A stretch of 64,000 nt of DNA from Tubiluchus corallicola (lineage: Eukaryota > Animalia > Priapulida), in assembly GCA_030141605.1 (NCBI GenBank), contig JAQGDQ010000539.1:62001-126000 (forward strand), written 5' to 3'. The notes below the pieces were generated by a model, which had not been told where the DNA came from, ran no database searches, and saw only the letters and a program-made list of their open reading frames with translations. Numbering within the stretch: position 1 is the stretch's first letter; the number at the start of each line of letters is the position of its first letter. Position numbers and translations under genes: made by a program. Of the stretch, positions 35,026 through 64,000 are shown piece by piece.

Positions 35026-36224
35026 ATTCTGTAAGCCTGGGTGCACTAAACACAAAGCATATGAATAATGTGTTTACATGTGTTTCTGCATTACCATCTT
35101 GCTCAGCAAATTAACAGTTAAGTTAATCATTGTTTAACGTAAACACATAATTTTATTAATTTAAAACTTTTTTTGATAAATTTGATATCCAGATATCCTT
35201 ATGCTGCTGAGGCAGTATTTATTACAATAAACTTTAAATTAACAACTACTAGGCCTATAATTAAAATAACTACTATGACCAATTCTATTGCAGAAACAAC
35301 AAATTTTTTCACATTTATTCATTGTTTCACGAATATTTACTTCATAATTGTGTACTGTCAAGATTTTAATCGATAGATCAGTAAAAATGCATTATACATT
35401 GCACCACACGAGTGCTGGTGAGCTACTAAAAACTGAATTGTTGTATCCATAGATATATATTATCTTTGTTATCCACGGTTCTATCAAGCATCACCTTTTG
35501 TATTACACAAAAAAAATCATTTTGTGAGAGAAAAACAACCCGCCAAAATAAAACACAAAATCAGGAAGGTTCATACCGCAATAAAATAATGTTTGCACAA
35601 TGTACATTAACAGTTCTATTTCATAATTTCAAATGTGTCATTGGTTCAACGTTTAGACTAATTAAAAAAATAGAAATGGGTATAATATTGGGAAATAAAA
35701 GTTAATTTCTGCCTTACTTATGTTACTTTTTTAATTATTTGCATCCTGGTGTTCACTTTTTGGAAGGAGACTCTCTGCCTATATTCCTACTTGAAATACT
35801 TCTTATTTTTTGTGAATAAGAAACAGCTCTGAACTGTTTACCAACAGGATTCATCATTCATATGCATGCGTAAACATGGCTCATTTATGTTCCACATGCA
35901 AATGAAACGAGTTTCTCAAAAAAGTTTCATGTGCGATACGGAAATTCAACATCGTGATTTCACATGCCTTCAACTGACCCCCTCCCACAATAGGTTTAAC
36001 AAACCGAGTAAATTGTGCATTAGCTTCAACTAGCATACACATGAAACCCACTAAATACTGACTATGGTCATCATGTGAGCATGTAACTGAATTTCACATG
36101 CAGCAACTGCTAGCAGTGTATGTTTCACAAGAGCTAAACACAAACCCACACACACACGCGCACTCAAACGCACACGCAAAACGCACGCACGTACGCACAC
36201 AGGAAGAAGCAAAGTTAGGGAAAC

Positions 36225-36650
36225 CGCAGCTTGCATTGTTCCCAAGACATTGACATTCCCTCTCTACGTTTCACAGCTTCACTGCATAGCACACAAGGAA
36301 ATTTAGGTGCACAAGACCCAGGATTACTGTGAACATCACTACTAAATAATTGCAGAATAGCTAAGAAAGCATGTGGTATTGAAACACTGCGCAAGTGCCG
36401 AGTCTTACCTAAACATTGGAAATGATTCATACCCAAAGACGGTATGTACTTAATGTATGCAGAATTTACAAGCAAATAACATGGTTTAACATAATTTTAC
36501 CACGTGCACCTGAAAATACTTCCTAAGAAAATGATGGCAGAAATAAATAACTGATTTGGTAGAAAAATCCTGAATATTTACAGTATATTTACAGTAACCA
36601 ACACTAAAATCATAAAGCAGAGAGAGTCTACCATTAAACTAACTGTACCC
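36225..36650 (-). mobile_element. 5' remnant of a CR1/L2-type LINE with a 2A-like motif and PHD-like start
   Basis: ORF 36215..36475: LQLFSSDVHSNPGS followed by FPCVLCSEAVK. Confidence 0.55.
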
Positions 36651-36679
36651 AGGGCTACCAAGGCCCGGAATCTACTCAC

Positions 36680-39290
36680 GCAATTTATTCTTCAAAGTCT
36701 CGTTCCACCTATTGTGGAATTGAGGCATCAATATTTATTAGAGTATTCAACCCACTTCTATCTGCAGCTAACAGCGTGAGTTTTTCTACTCCTAAAGATA
36801 CATTTAGTTGAAATTGTTGAACATTTATTTGTCTTAGCAATCCAAGTTGCTTTATGTTTGCCAGGTGGTTTTTTGCAAGGTTTTAAGGCTTCCTATAAGG
36901 CGATTCTTTCTGGTGCTTCATTTGGTAATCTTAAAAGATGTCCTAGCCATTTTAATCTTCGGATTTTGACTTTTGAACTCCAAGAAATTCCTTTCGTTCT
37001 GGTGTATAAATCTTCATTTTTGATTATGTATGGTCATCTTATCTTTAACACTTTCCTTAGGAGACTTCCATGAAATGTGTGAATCTGCTTTTCTTGAGTA
37101 ATCGTTAAACACCAAAGCAGGATAGGAGAGGTCCAGAATATGTTGAGGAAGGTTACAAACAGTGGTTTCGTAATCATCATCATCATTTGGAGGAGTTGGA
37201 TCTTAAGTGCGTTTGCTAGGTAGGGCCTGAAAATTACTTGACTAAGACAGTCCTCCTGGGGGACCCCAATATTCGTACTAAAAATTCCTCCTAAGGTGTT
37301 TCCAACTTTTACAATAAGTTTAACATTCTTTCGTAGAACTGTAATGATGTGTTATTCATCTCGTTGTAGTATGGTTTGTAAGTCATCGAAGTGAATTCCG
37401 CTTTCTACAGTATCAAAGGCCTTGCTCATATCAAGTAACAAGACCTTGATTTGATAAGAACTGGATGTGAATGCTTTTTGCTAGTATTTTTGCTGACATT
37501 ACTAGTTCAGTGGTGCTTCTTCCCTCCCTATATGCAGCTTGACTTGGTGAAATGTTGTCATTTAATCTGTCATGTATGCGTCTGATCATACATATAGCCA
37601 AGATTTTCCTTAACTAACTCAGTAATATAATTGGTCTTAAATTTTCTGCTGGTCCTTTCTTTTTTTTAGGTTTTGGAATAGGCACTAATATCGCCTGCTT
37701 AACTTCTTTTGGATAGTTTCCTATTTCTCCAATAGTGTTTAATAAATTTGATATTCCAATGCTAATGATCTTTGGCCTATGCTTTAGCTGTTCTGCTACA
37801 AGATTATCTATGCCTGGGCTGTTTCCATTCTTTAAGAATTTTATTACCTTTAAAACCTCTTTGGGAACAAAAGGTGATTCCATTGCCATTGGTTTATTCT
37901 CAGAAATATTTTTTGCATTATTGTTGCTTTTTCAAAGCCCTTTCAAAAAAGGAGTAATGATTTCTGATGTTTCTAGTTCATTGGTAGTAACTCTATCATC
38001 AATTTCAACTAATATCCTGCTTTTTGGTTTCCTTCTATTGATTTTCCGGACTGCTTTATACATCCTATAGTGACTTTGCTGTTTTCAATTTCTGCAATAT
38101 CTTCCAGTAACTTTTCTTCTTTGACCTGGCAGACCACATTTTCATAGTTCTTTTAGCTTCTGACTGTGTAACTTTTGCAATTTCTGTCTAAGCTCCATGT
38201 CTTTAGCTGCACTGTGCTTCAACCTGATTTCTTTCTGTTCAGCTGATAATTTGTCAACTTGTTCATTGACAAAGATTTTCTTTGCTCTGTTTGTAGAGCA
38301 ACCCAAATCTTCCTTTGATGCCATTGCTCGTGTAAACTGGCTTGTGTAATTTCTTTGAAATGATGCTCAACTTTCTCTTGATGTTTTAATTTGTAGGACT
38401 GAAATTGCCTAGATATATTGTTCTTTACTAGGGTTGCCAACTGCCTCTTTACATTGAATTTCGCAACAATTAGACTGTGGTCTGAGAACGTTTCAGTGCC
38501 ACTGTATGATCTTGCATCATTTACACTAATCCTGTAGCTGCTTAACCATGATAGTCATATTGGTTCCTAATGGATTTTTGTTTATTTTTTCTATCTGGAG
38601 CCTCCCATGTAGTCCTATGAGCCATCTTATAGTCAAAAGTTGTATTAATGAATATCAATTCATTTAGTTGTGCAAGATCTAAAAGATATTCTTCATTGCT
38701 TTTTACTTTCCCAAATTTGCCAATATTGTCTGGATAATAATTGTATCCTGAACCAGTTTTTGCATTAAAATCACGTGCTGCTATTAGAAAATCACGATTT
38801 GTATGTGTGTATGTGTGAATCGCGATCAATTACTGTCTGTATGAACTATGATACTGTCTAAGTCACTGTAGAACTTTCATGTACCACACTTTTCTCACTT
38901 ACAGGTAGGGCAGGTGCATCGGCAGATATAACTGAATATTCCTTGTCATCGATCTTTACTTTAAGCATACAAATCATTTCAGGGAACTCTTGAAATTTGG
39001 ATTTGAACTCCTGTTTGACAATGATCCCAACACCACCATCTTTACTGTTATCGATACCACCATAATAGAGATCATAGCTTTTCCCAGCTTTCAATTCAAG
39101 AGTAATTATTCCGTTTCTAATTACATGAGTTTCTTGAATTGACAGTACATATAATTTATAAGATTCCATATCATCAGCTAGATGACTTTGTTTAATATCA
39201 GATTTAAGTCCTCTACAATTGAAGGTTCCAACTTTTAGATTCTCCTTACGCCATCCCATTATTGCAGACACGATGAAAAGCGCTGAAAGA
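36680..39290 (-). mobile_element. Degenerate RTE-like LINE (APE endonuclease plus partial RT)
   Basis: VGTFNCRGL and LSIQETH (38858..39271), DFNAKTG (38542..38829), LKNGNSPGIDNL and NLRPIILLS (37614..37889); frameshifts and stops. Confidence 0.88.
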
Positions 39291-39994
39291 TGTTATTTTT
39301 CAACGAGTTGTGCGTCTCTGATAACAGCCATGTTCACACAATTTATAACACAACATTTCACTTGCGATGTCGTGAAGCCGCCATTTTGAAAAGGAACCTT
39401 TAAATCGACCAACAGAAAATTATTTCCAAATGAAGATTCCTCTTGCGCCAGCCGAAATAATGATTTTTTTTCTAGATTGAACTGTTGATTTATGGTTTTT
39501 TGCCACCTAATTTTTACAAAACCCTTCCACCAAAAACAATAATTATAACCTGAAAATGATCTTACAATGGTTTTGTTTCGTTTTGACGTAAATAAATGAT
39601 GGTTTTGTAATCACAACACTGGTGGCTATGATTCCCTAGAAACGTCCCAGGTGTGGTAGTTAGCTTTCGAAGTGTTTAATCTTGATTACTCACATGACTT
39701 ACGTAGCTCGTTGCCTTTTCGTTAATGTTATTTGACTTTTATTGTGAATTAGTTCCTCAGGCCTCTTGTAAGACTGCGTGTGTCAACCATGTGTGACTGG
39801 GAGCTAACAACAAGATAAAATATATCAAAACTGAAATCATTTAGTGTGGACTTTTTATTTAATAAAGCAAATACCATTACATTTGTAATACAAATTGGAT
39901 TCTTTCTAGATCAAATTAAACGTTAATTTTAAGTGAAACTTACGACTAAACGCCGATCTTACAAAAAACTCATATGCCAAAATGCAAAAATAAG

Positions 39995-41315
39995 AGAGAT
40001 CATCATCTCATCATTTCGGGAGTCACACGTTCTCTGACATGACTCTTGCAATCACTTTAGTCCATGGTGACCTGTCACCTGCAACCTCCCATGGCTCTGT
40101 ATTTTTGATATCTAATCGTGTGTTGAGATCAAACAAAAGATTGCATCATCATCTCTGGAGTCATACGTCGTTTAACATGACCTCACTTTATTCCATGCTG
40201 TCCTGTCACCCGCAACCTCCCATGTCTATGTATTTTTGATATCTAATGGTGTGTTGATAAGATCCTTTTGGATGAAATTGATGTACGTCAGCAGCTGTTC
40301 TCCTTGTGGTTTCTTTTCTTTCTGCAGTGCTTCTTTGAAAGTTAACTTTAATGGACTGTCATCTGGTACTCGTATAACATGTCCTATCCATCTTAATCTT
40401 CTCCTTTTGATTTTAATTGTCCATTCCTCTGCCTTAACTTTATTGTACAGATCCTCGTTTGATATTTGCTTTGGTCATTTTATTCCTAGAATGTTCCTGT
40501 AGTTTCTTCTTTGAAATGCATCAATTTCTGCTTCGTGTTGTGCTTTGATTGTCCATAATTCTGAATTATAGAGAAACACAGTTTCCACAAGTGCAGCAAA
40601 GATTCTTAATTTTGTATCTAAACTGATTCTCTTACTTTCAAAAATTTTTGTTGATTTGGAATATGCAGTTAGTGCTAAGATTTTTCTTCTTGATATGTTT
40701 TCATCTGTTACTAAAAGACTGCCTAAGTATTTGCATTTCCTCAATGAATCATCTCCATTCCTTTTTATGTGACACACTTCTGTTTTACCTTTATTTAGTG
40801 TAAGATCCATTTCTTTTAATTTTGCTTCTATTTTGATTTTGATATGATGATCTATTTCACCTTTGGTTCTTGCTATCCATGCAATATCATCAGCATATTG
40901 CAGGTCTATGGTTGTAGGGAATTTCGTTTTATTAGCATAATTGTGTTCTAATTCTGTTCCGGATAGTAGCTTTTCTGGATCCAGATTTGTATAATTGTGG
41001 TCACAAAGTTTTTTTCTTGGTATACTGTTCCTGTCCATTAATGCTGTAGCAATACAAAAAGTGAAGAGAACAGGACTTAGGTAGTCTCCTTCAGGTATTC
41101 CCTTATCCGTTGACAATGAATCACTCAGTCTACCTTCACATTTAACACCAATTAGAAGATCTTCCAATAATATTGATATCATATGAATTTTGTCAGGATT
41201 TCTTGTAAGTAGTGTAGCAGTGTCTTTCTTCTAACTGAGTCAAATGCTTTGGACATGTCCATGAATAATATATATATTGAATAATCTGCTGAAGAGATGG
41301 CCTTTTCTGCCATTA
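39995..41315 (-). mobile_element. 5'-truncated RTE-like LINE (RT C-half) with duplicated 3' end
   Basis: ORF 40475..41182 with GIPEGDYLSPVLF, LQYADD, KYLGS and FLYNSELW. Confidence 0.88.
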
Positions 41316-41473
41316 TATAGATTGCATCATACTAATAATATGTAGATTACATCAGAACATGGTGCCTTTTCCTTATGATAGCAGCAGTCTTTTCTCTGTG
41401 CAAAAATTGTCAACTAAATTTGTGTTAGTTTATTGGTTGGCTACAAAAGCAAGTTACATATCATATTGTCTAC

Positions 41474-41871
41474 TAGGGGTAAGTATTCTGCACCAGAAAG
41501 CGAATTCGAATCGAGTATTTGTGACTTTCGAATTCGAATCGAACCAAACTTCAATATTTCAAATTCGAGTCAAATTCTAATTGAGTCTGAAAGATTTTCG
41601 AACAAGTTTTGGAACCACTAGTAATTACAAAGATCATGCATACTATCAAATTTGTTCTGTAGTGAAACCACTAGTCATTTGTTTAAAAATTGTGCAGAGA
41701 AATCACAACTAAATTATGCTAATTGCAAAATGATGTTTCAAACACTTTAATGATAAAGAACATATGTGGTTAAAGTGCTGAATTATTCGAATATACAGTG
41801 TTAAGTTCGAACCGAATTCGAACTAAAAAAACTCGTTCCAATCGAATTCGAATACTCGATGCTGATCCCTA
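41474..41871. mobile_element. hAT-like MITE (TAGGG...CCCTA) with TTCGAA subterminal repeats
   Basis: Degenerate 8-bp TSD TTGTCTAC/TTGCCAAC. Confidence 0.7.
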
Positions 41872-42089
41872 TTGCCAACTGATAATCATCATCATCATCA
41901 TCATGCCCATCATGTCTATTGTAGACATTAGGCAGGCAGAACGCTAAAATAAATCTGCCCTCAGGGCAGCTTAAACAAACCAGTTAATCCAGCAAAAAAC
42001 TATACATTGCTATGTCACTGGATTGTCAGCACCACTTCCGATTATCCAATAACAATTGATCTTTCATTTTCACCACCCTTTCTTCATTG

Positions 42090-42440
42090 TCTAGGTCTGT
42101 ATGCACTACTATTTAGAAGGACACGTGCTAATTTAATACAAGCTTTCAAAATCATTAAAGGAATTGATGATGTGGATGTTGGAAACTTCTTCACTTTCAA
42201 GAGTCATGAGAGGATGATGCGAGGACATCAGTTACAACTGTACAGGAAAAGAGCAAGGCTGGATTTAAGGAAATATTTTTTCAGCAATAGGATAATTGAT
42301 TTGTGGTATGCTTTACCTCAAAAGGCTATCGAAGCAGTTACAGTCAATCAGTTTAAAGGGGCTATCCAAAAGTATGTTAATGCCATTGAGGAACAAAATA
42401 TATATTGGATTCATGAGAAACATGTCTGCAAACACTGAAT
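42090..42440 (+). mobile_element. CR1 LINE 3' fragment
   Basis: RRTRANLIQAFKIIKG...RGHQLQL...RKYFFSNRIIDLW, a CR1 ORF2 C-terminal motif. Confidence 0.85.
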
Positions 42441-42608
42441 CTTTCTACAGCATGATACTTGTATCCTTAGTTATAGATTCCTAGTTTTTGCTCTACGTAT
42501 GTGTATATAGTGTACATAACGTACCAAATCATTACCGGTTTTATTGTTACAGTGCAAACGCCACAAAGAAGTTTGTTTAGAGAATGAGCGTATGACATAA
42601 CGCAGTAC

Positions 42609-42966
42609 ATGGGTTCCTTACACAATAACTACCAAATTGAAGTCTCAAAAATAGCCAAAATAATGGGGGTAGCTGCAAAGGTGAGTCTGTTTGAGACGTG
42701 TTCAATTCAGTTGAATTCTATTCGCATTTCTAATGAAGTGAGCTAAATAATATTCCAACCTGATCTGATTATTAAATTTTGTGGATCTCTGGGAGTGGGA
42801 ACTGTACTTGGCGATCTAAGCAATAAACGAGAAGCGAAGCAAAAATATTTGTGGTGCCATCTATTATTAAAAATTTGATTTTTTCTTCTACTGTTTCCAG
42901 TTGCCAGTTGTAGTGTTCGTTTGCTGTTTGCCTCTTGCAGTTACTATTATGACCTTTTGCTTTTGA
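42609..42966 (+). other. GOT1 upstream exon (donor 42681), intron 42681-42900, and spliced uORF encoding a hydrophobic peptide
   Basis: AAG|GTGAGT donor and strong pyrimidine tract plus CAG at 42900. In-frame ATGs at 42609 and 42663; stop TGA 42964-42966. Confidence 0.6.
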
Positions 42967-43006
42967 ACGAATTTCTAAAAACCAGTTCAGTTGTTTTCAC
43001 GGTATT

Positions 43007-58161
<15,155 letters not shown>

Positions 58162-60179
58162 TCAGTGCTGCGATTTACCATATAGCTACAGGGGAACAAC
58201 ATACTCAGTAGTGAAATATTCTCACATCAACAAGATAGATAGCATGGCATCTGTTACATAGTTTTGCACTTTGCATCGCTTCTCATAATAGAAAGAACTG
58301 TAAGCCGCGCGTTTAGTCATGAATGTAGAAAACCGGTTGTGAGTAGAAATATGCATTGGTTAAGCCAATGGTAATCTTTACTTCAGATATTAAGACTACA
58401 GGCTCAAATTTTGTTTTTGCAGTAGTTAGACTAAAAATATGTATTTTGGTATTAACTACATATAAAAACATACAATGTACAACTGTGTGGAATTCTGTGT
58501 GGATTTTAAAGTAATAACTTAGTGAAATATTGTGCTGCCTTATACACTTCTTTAGAGGCTATATCAAAACAGGTTATAAAAACTAGCCATAGCAACTGTG
58601 ATTTTATAAACATGACTCTATGCAATTAACTTGTTTAGTTTCATTGACACTGTGTTTATTGCATGTATGTTCTGTGTAGTGTTCTATAAAGGGGTGTATG
58701 TTATTCTATCAGTTTTGATACATTTATAGTTTCCTCCAACTCGCCCCAGAAAACTCTTTAGAAAAAGAAACAGGTTTTAAAGCCAACTTTACAAATAGCT
58801 AACAAAGTTAACCAGTATTTAGCAGTAACAGAAAATACTTGGCTATATGTGTGAATTTTCTGACAAGGATAAATATGAAGATTTTGTGACAGTTTGCTGA
58901 TGTTAATAAGATTTTATGGCAATAAGCTACATGCATTTTTCATACTGTTTGGCATTGCATTGTTTGCTGAAATTGTAGCCGCCGAAGAATTATTTGCTTA
59001 AACAGATTGTTCTGCAGAGTTTTTATTATAATATGGTGATTTTGTTGTTATTGATAGTTTGGTGTAACTAGCTGATTTTTGCTCAGAATGTAATTTTTGG
59101 TGATTTTCATGACTGTTGTGTTTTGAACATTGGTTCAATCATGTAAAGTACAATACAATTAGTTCATGTATTGTGTATTAAATTTCGGACGAGATTTGGA
59201 TTTGCACCAATGTCTATTGTTAGATTTCACCAATGAAATATGAGCAACTTGCTTTTGTATCAGTTTTTGTGCTAATGTTAACGGCAAGCTTGCAGTAATA
59301 CTTTAAGAGTTCTGTTTTATGAATCGCAACTAATTTTCATTGTTTAATAAAGACGTAAAAATATTAAACTCAGGATGCTTTTTGGCCAGTTGTAATGTAT
59401 TTAGTCTATTGTTTTGTAAACTGTTATTTTACAGCCATAGTTATAGTCAATCAACTGTTCGCTGTTTTAATTCATAACCGGCCTATTCTAATACCACATT
59501 TACTTGTTGCTTATTAAAATTGTTGCACAAAATGTTTAAATCAAAGTAGAATAACAAGCTATACTTCTTTCAACTTGTTGATCAAGAATCTTGATTGTTA
59601 CATATGCCATGCTACATGCATTTAGTTTTAAAGCGCTACCAGAGACCGTTTTGAACTTCCCTTATCATTAGCACATAATCCATTCGTAGTTTATTATAAC
59701 ATTGTTACTGGTATAGTGTTCAGTAATAATCATTTCAGCACCACCGTGTGATTGTTACATAGTTTTTCACAAAAAATAAAATAGATGTTGATTTAGATTT
59801 TTTCTTTTGTTTCATTCGCTGTTGAATTATAGTTCAGAAGATTTGCAGTACAATAAATAAACTGTTAAAAATGTGCCAAAAGTGTAGAATTGTGTCAGGA
59901 TCTGCTCTTGATATAAAAATGTTATCATTTATATTGTATATTAAGGCTGCCCAACGGTGCCCCAGTGACATACTATAACTAGTGAGTATGTGACATTTGG
60001 GCACAAGATATTTGGGTACCATTAAAATTTAAAATTGTGCCTTTTTTTATTTTCCTTCATTAAATTTTTGATGTTACACTATCTTTTCAAAATATTTTTT
60101 AAGAATTGTCACTTCACTAAATTAAACTCATGTATTAAACACCTCGCTGACAGGTTTTCTCACTATAATGTGTAATCCA

Positions 60180-61180
60180 GCATCCTTGTTACAGGCATGT
60201 TCCAATTAGCATGATGATTAAATTTCAATGGACGATGTTGATAGTGTCTATCTAATTTTGATTTAAATGAATTTACAGATGTTGGTGTTCTCACATCACA
60301 GGGCAATCTACTCTAGATCTCTAGCATGGTACAAGAAAAATAGTCGTATTTGTCAGTTTTGTGCGCAGTTCTTGATTTATGAAGAATAGGCCTGATCTTG
60401 CTGTGCGATGTACTTCTAATTTAACAGGACAATCATTATCACAGCTGTAAACTCCAGACACGTATTTGTCCAGTTCTGCCGGAATGCCAATTTTACCAAT
60501 TTATCTAGCAAGATGCTTCTAGGTACTTCATCGAAAGCCTTTTCAAGGTCTATAAAGGCAATATAAAGTTTAATTTTCAGCTTCTGTGCATTTGAGATAA
60601 TTAACAGTAGGGTAAAGACCTGGTCGACACATGACCTGCTTTTTTTAATTTTTGAAGGCTGTTTGTTCGCCTCGGTTGGGAAGCCGTAACTTCAGGCGAT
60701 TTGTAATAATCCTGTCGTAGATGCTTACTAGTAGTGACAACATTTGTATGCCTCTGTAATTTTTAGGCAGCGATAGATCACCCTTTTTTCGTAGGGCTGT
60801 GAGGAAAGAAAAGTTGTATTTAGTGGGTACTTCATATAAAAGATTAGGTTTATTAAAACTAACAGTATTGGCTACAGCACATGATATGAACTTTTTAGTA
60901 TGCTTACAGAAAAATTAAAACCACCTTTTTTCATTTTGTTCACTTCGTTGTCCATTTCAATTAATGTAATTGGATCATTTAGGACAGGGTAGTACGGAAA
61001 AGTATTGTTCTGCACCAAATCAACAACTGAGTCTGCTTCTTTTAATGAGTATAGTTTACAGTAAAGTGATCAGCATGTTCAGCAGCACTTGGGCCGTTTG
61101 CAGATTTTATCTGCTTCATCTCACCCGACTAATTAATTGTTTCCCATAGGGCTTTATCTCCGTAATATCTAGCCACTTAC
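60180..61180 (-). mobile_element. LINE RT remnant
   Basis: Reverse strand LYIAFIDLEKAFDEVPR around 60520-60570; many stops. Confidence 0.7.
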
Positions 61181-61189
61181 AACCTTACA

Positions 61190-64000
61190 CTTGTTGGGAT
61201 GGAACTGCATACCATTTTCAACAGCCCAGTCGTAGAGCCCTTTTAGTTCCAATTGAAGATCATTGAAGATAGTAAAGGAATTAGATTCAGACCAGATTTT
61301 CCTGTCGTAAGAGAATTGCTCACACAACTACCATAAACACGGGCCTAATATCGAACCTTGCGGTACACCACTAGTCATCAAGGACTCAGTCGATTTATAA
61401 CCATCAACACATGTGCATTATCTTCTATTTTCTAAGAAGTTAACTATCCACTGTAAAACTGAACCAGTTATACTATAATTTTTATGTTTCGTAAATAGAA
61501 AGTGATGAGGTACAACATTAAATGCCTTTTTCAGGTCCAGCAATATATCAAAAGACTTATTAGCATCTTTTAACTAAAACCACGCATCGTAACATTATAA
61601 CAGTTGGGTAACCCATGTTGTTCTTCACAAATAATGTTGTATCTTATCAGATGGTTCATTATATGCTTCCACATGATTTTTTCTGTCACCTTATTAATTG
61701 TATTTAGTAAGCTAACTGGCCTGTAGTTCTATGGATCTGACTTGTCCCCTTTTTTTATGAATGGGAGTAACCTGTGCCACCTTTCATTGTCCAGGTAACT
61801 GACAATCAGCAAAAGGCCTATCCAGTAAGGTGTATATAGGCTTGAAAAGCATAGTTCCACATTCATTTAAAATACGTGGATGGTAACTATCTGGAACACA
61901 TTTGTTTACATTGAGATTTTGCAAGTCATGAAGCACCTCTTCTTCAGTTATGCAAACATTGTTGATATCAGGATATTGTTGCACTGTAGTTACTTCATAG
62001 TCAGGAGCATTGGGACTGAATACACTAATGAAAAAAGTCATTCAAAATTTGTGCCGTCCCTTCTGAATCAGAGACAAAAATACCTTGGGAATTCTTCAGT
62101 GAATGAATCCTAGACGTTGTCTTCCGAAGTGCATTGATATACACATAACATACACATACACAATACACAAAACACATAACATACAAATTAAGTCGAATTA
62201 CTGGAATAATTTTAAAAGTAAGGCACTACGTTGACCAATATATTCTGAAACTTCTATATAATTCGTTAGTTTTCCCTTATTTACAATATTCCATCTTAAC
62301 ATGGGGTACAGCTTTTGCATCAACTCAAAAATTAATACAGACACAACAAAACAAAATAGTAAAATTAATAACTTTTGCTCGCAAATATGATCATGCTACA
62401 CCATCGTTCGTAAAATTAAAAATTTTAAAAGTAAGAGATATTTACAATCTTGAGTTGTTCAAATTTATGTATAAATTCAATGCTGGTTTATTACCCGAAC
62501 TTTTTAGAGAATATTTCACTAATGTTTCTGATATACATTCCTACTCCACAAGAGCTGCTTCTAATGAACAGTATTTTGTGGAGAGATTTTTTTACCCGAC
62601 ATGGTTTCAATAGCTTAAAATCACGAGGAGTTAAATTATGGAACTCGTTGCCAAAAGATACCTTTGGCGGTAGCTTATTTTCTGCTTCCAAAAAATACAC
62701 AAAATTCTTACTAAATGAATATACCTGTAATACATAACTTGTAAGACTAATAAGCAAGCTATCAAGTGTGTTTTTTTCTTCTCATCTCCTAAGTAATTGT
62801 TGCTCTTTCTTATACTTACTTTTTCTCTTAAATTTTCTATATTACACTTTTTTTGATACTTATTTTATCTCTCCATACAGTCAAAATCCCCTGTCAATAA
62901 GGCCCCTATATGAAAATATATATAATAATCATAATTACTTGTATTGTTTTGTTTAGATTTTGGTGTCATCTAACTTTATTATTTTTTGTTTTCACTTATA
63001 CTGTTTTCATTTATACTTTGTTTTCATTTATACTGTTTATTATTATTATTTCTTTTCCTATTTGATTTTGTTATCCGCAGTCTCACCATTTACTTTTAAT
63101 ATACTAATTTAATTATTAGACAGGGCAGGAGACTAGATGACCCTATGGTCCTTCCCTGCCCTGCTCCACTACTATAATTAAGTAATAACTAAAAAAACTT
63201 GTCATGTCAAACAAATGGAGAAAATAAATGTTCTATGTCTATGTCTATGTCTATACTGCCAGAATGCCTTAGCATTACTCTTGCAGTTACTTGCTAGTTT
63301 GCGTTCATGGCTTTTTCTGGCACCAGTTATAAGATTTCTCACCACGTTACACCTGGCAGCATACCGATCATAAGAAAGTTTTGTTCTTCGTCTTTTCCAG
63401 TCAAAAACAACTTTTCATTCTCCTTTACATGGTCAAGCAACTGCTTCGTTAACAAGGAAGCCGACATCGACTTCTTATTACAAGAACTTGGATAGAAACT
63501 AGGCACATATTCATCAACAACTGACATGTGCAGATTATGAAATTTTGTCCACATATCATCAAGAGTAAGATTACTATTTAAAACATTAATCCAATCAACT
63601 TGGCTAAATGCATTACACATATTGCTTAAATTAACTTTGTTTAAACACATTTTCTTCTGAGGTAAAATTTTGACTGGAAATACATTTACATTCAAGCTAA
63701 AATGCAGACATACATAGTCACTATTACTTAGAGGTGAACTAGGTCTCAAATTTTTTACCAAATCATTTTGTTCAGTAAAAACTAGATCAAGTAAAGATGG
63801 TTCATTGCCAACGCGATAGCGTGTTGCAATAACAAGTTCAACTCAAAGCATTTTAAAAACTCATTTCAACAGCATTATTGGAGAACTCCAATTGCCAATC
63901 AATTCCTGGTAAATTAAAGTCACCCATTATACAGATATTTGATTTCTTTGATTCACACACATATGAAATCAATTTACTAAGATTAGTATTACTAAGATAA
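61190..64000 (-). mobile_element. Degenerate CR1-type LINE (endonuclease end plus RT), interrupted at 62143-63251 and running off the window
   Basis: GDFNLPGIDW, PSLLDLVF, ORFs 63339..63761 and 61784..62041, SGVPQGSILGP. Confidence 0.85.
62143..63251 (+). mobile_element. 5'-truncated L2/Crack-like LINE nested in the CR1, with 3' stem-loop and (CTATGT)n tail
   Basis: KLSRITGIILKVRHY...LLYNSLVFPYLQYSILTWG and HATPSFVKLKILKV; hairpin GGGCAGG...CCTGCCC at about 63123-63161; TATAC repeated at both junctions. Confidence 0.8.

Noticed and set aside
39377-39388. YY1-like motif GCCGCCATTTTG as a promoter
   Set aside because: No associated gene is evident, and similar motifs recur in repeats in this window.

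Overview
AT-rich, intron-rich invertebrate (metazoan) genomic DNA; the exact taxon cannot be called from the sequence. Three protein-coding genes, all on the + strand. (1) A soluble monofunctional peptidyl-alpha-hydroxyglycine alpha-amidating lyase (PAL; 7 coding exons, 1427-30301, 365 aa). (2) An intronless Ihog/Boi/CDO/BOC-type Hedgehog co-receptor (9875-12430, 851 aa), nested on the same strand inside the 21.3-kb PAL intron 4. (3) Cytosolic-type aspartate aminotransferase GOT1 (9 coding exons, 43007-58161, 412 aa). The rest is transposon-rich: Mutator-like and hAT-like MITEs, a solo LTR inside a 1.6-kb local duplication, RTE/CR1/L2-like LINE remnants, an Academ-like remnant, tRNA- and 5S-derived SINE-like pieces, and mini/microsatellites. 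Top leads: a spliced hydrophobic uORF that joins GOT1 by a +1 shift at UUU-UGA, together with a C-terminal PTS1-like PKL; and a TTTTCAG acceptor just before the Ihog ATG that is in frame with PAL exon 4. All exon structures were derived by hand from GT-AG sites and reading-frame continuity, without transcript data.
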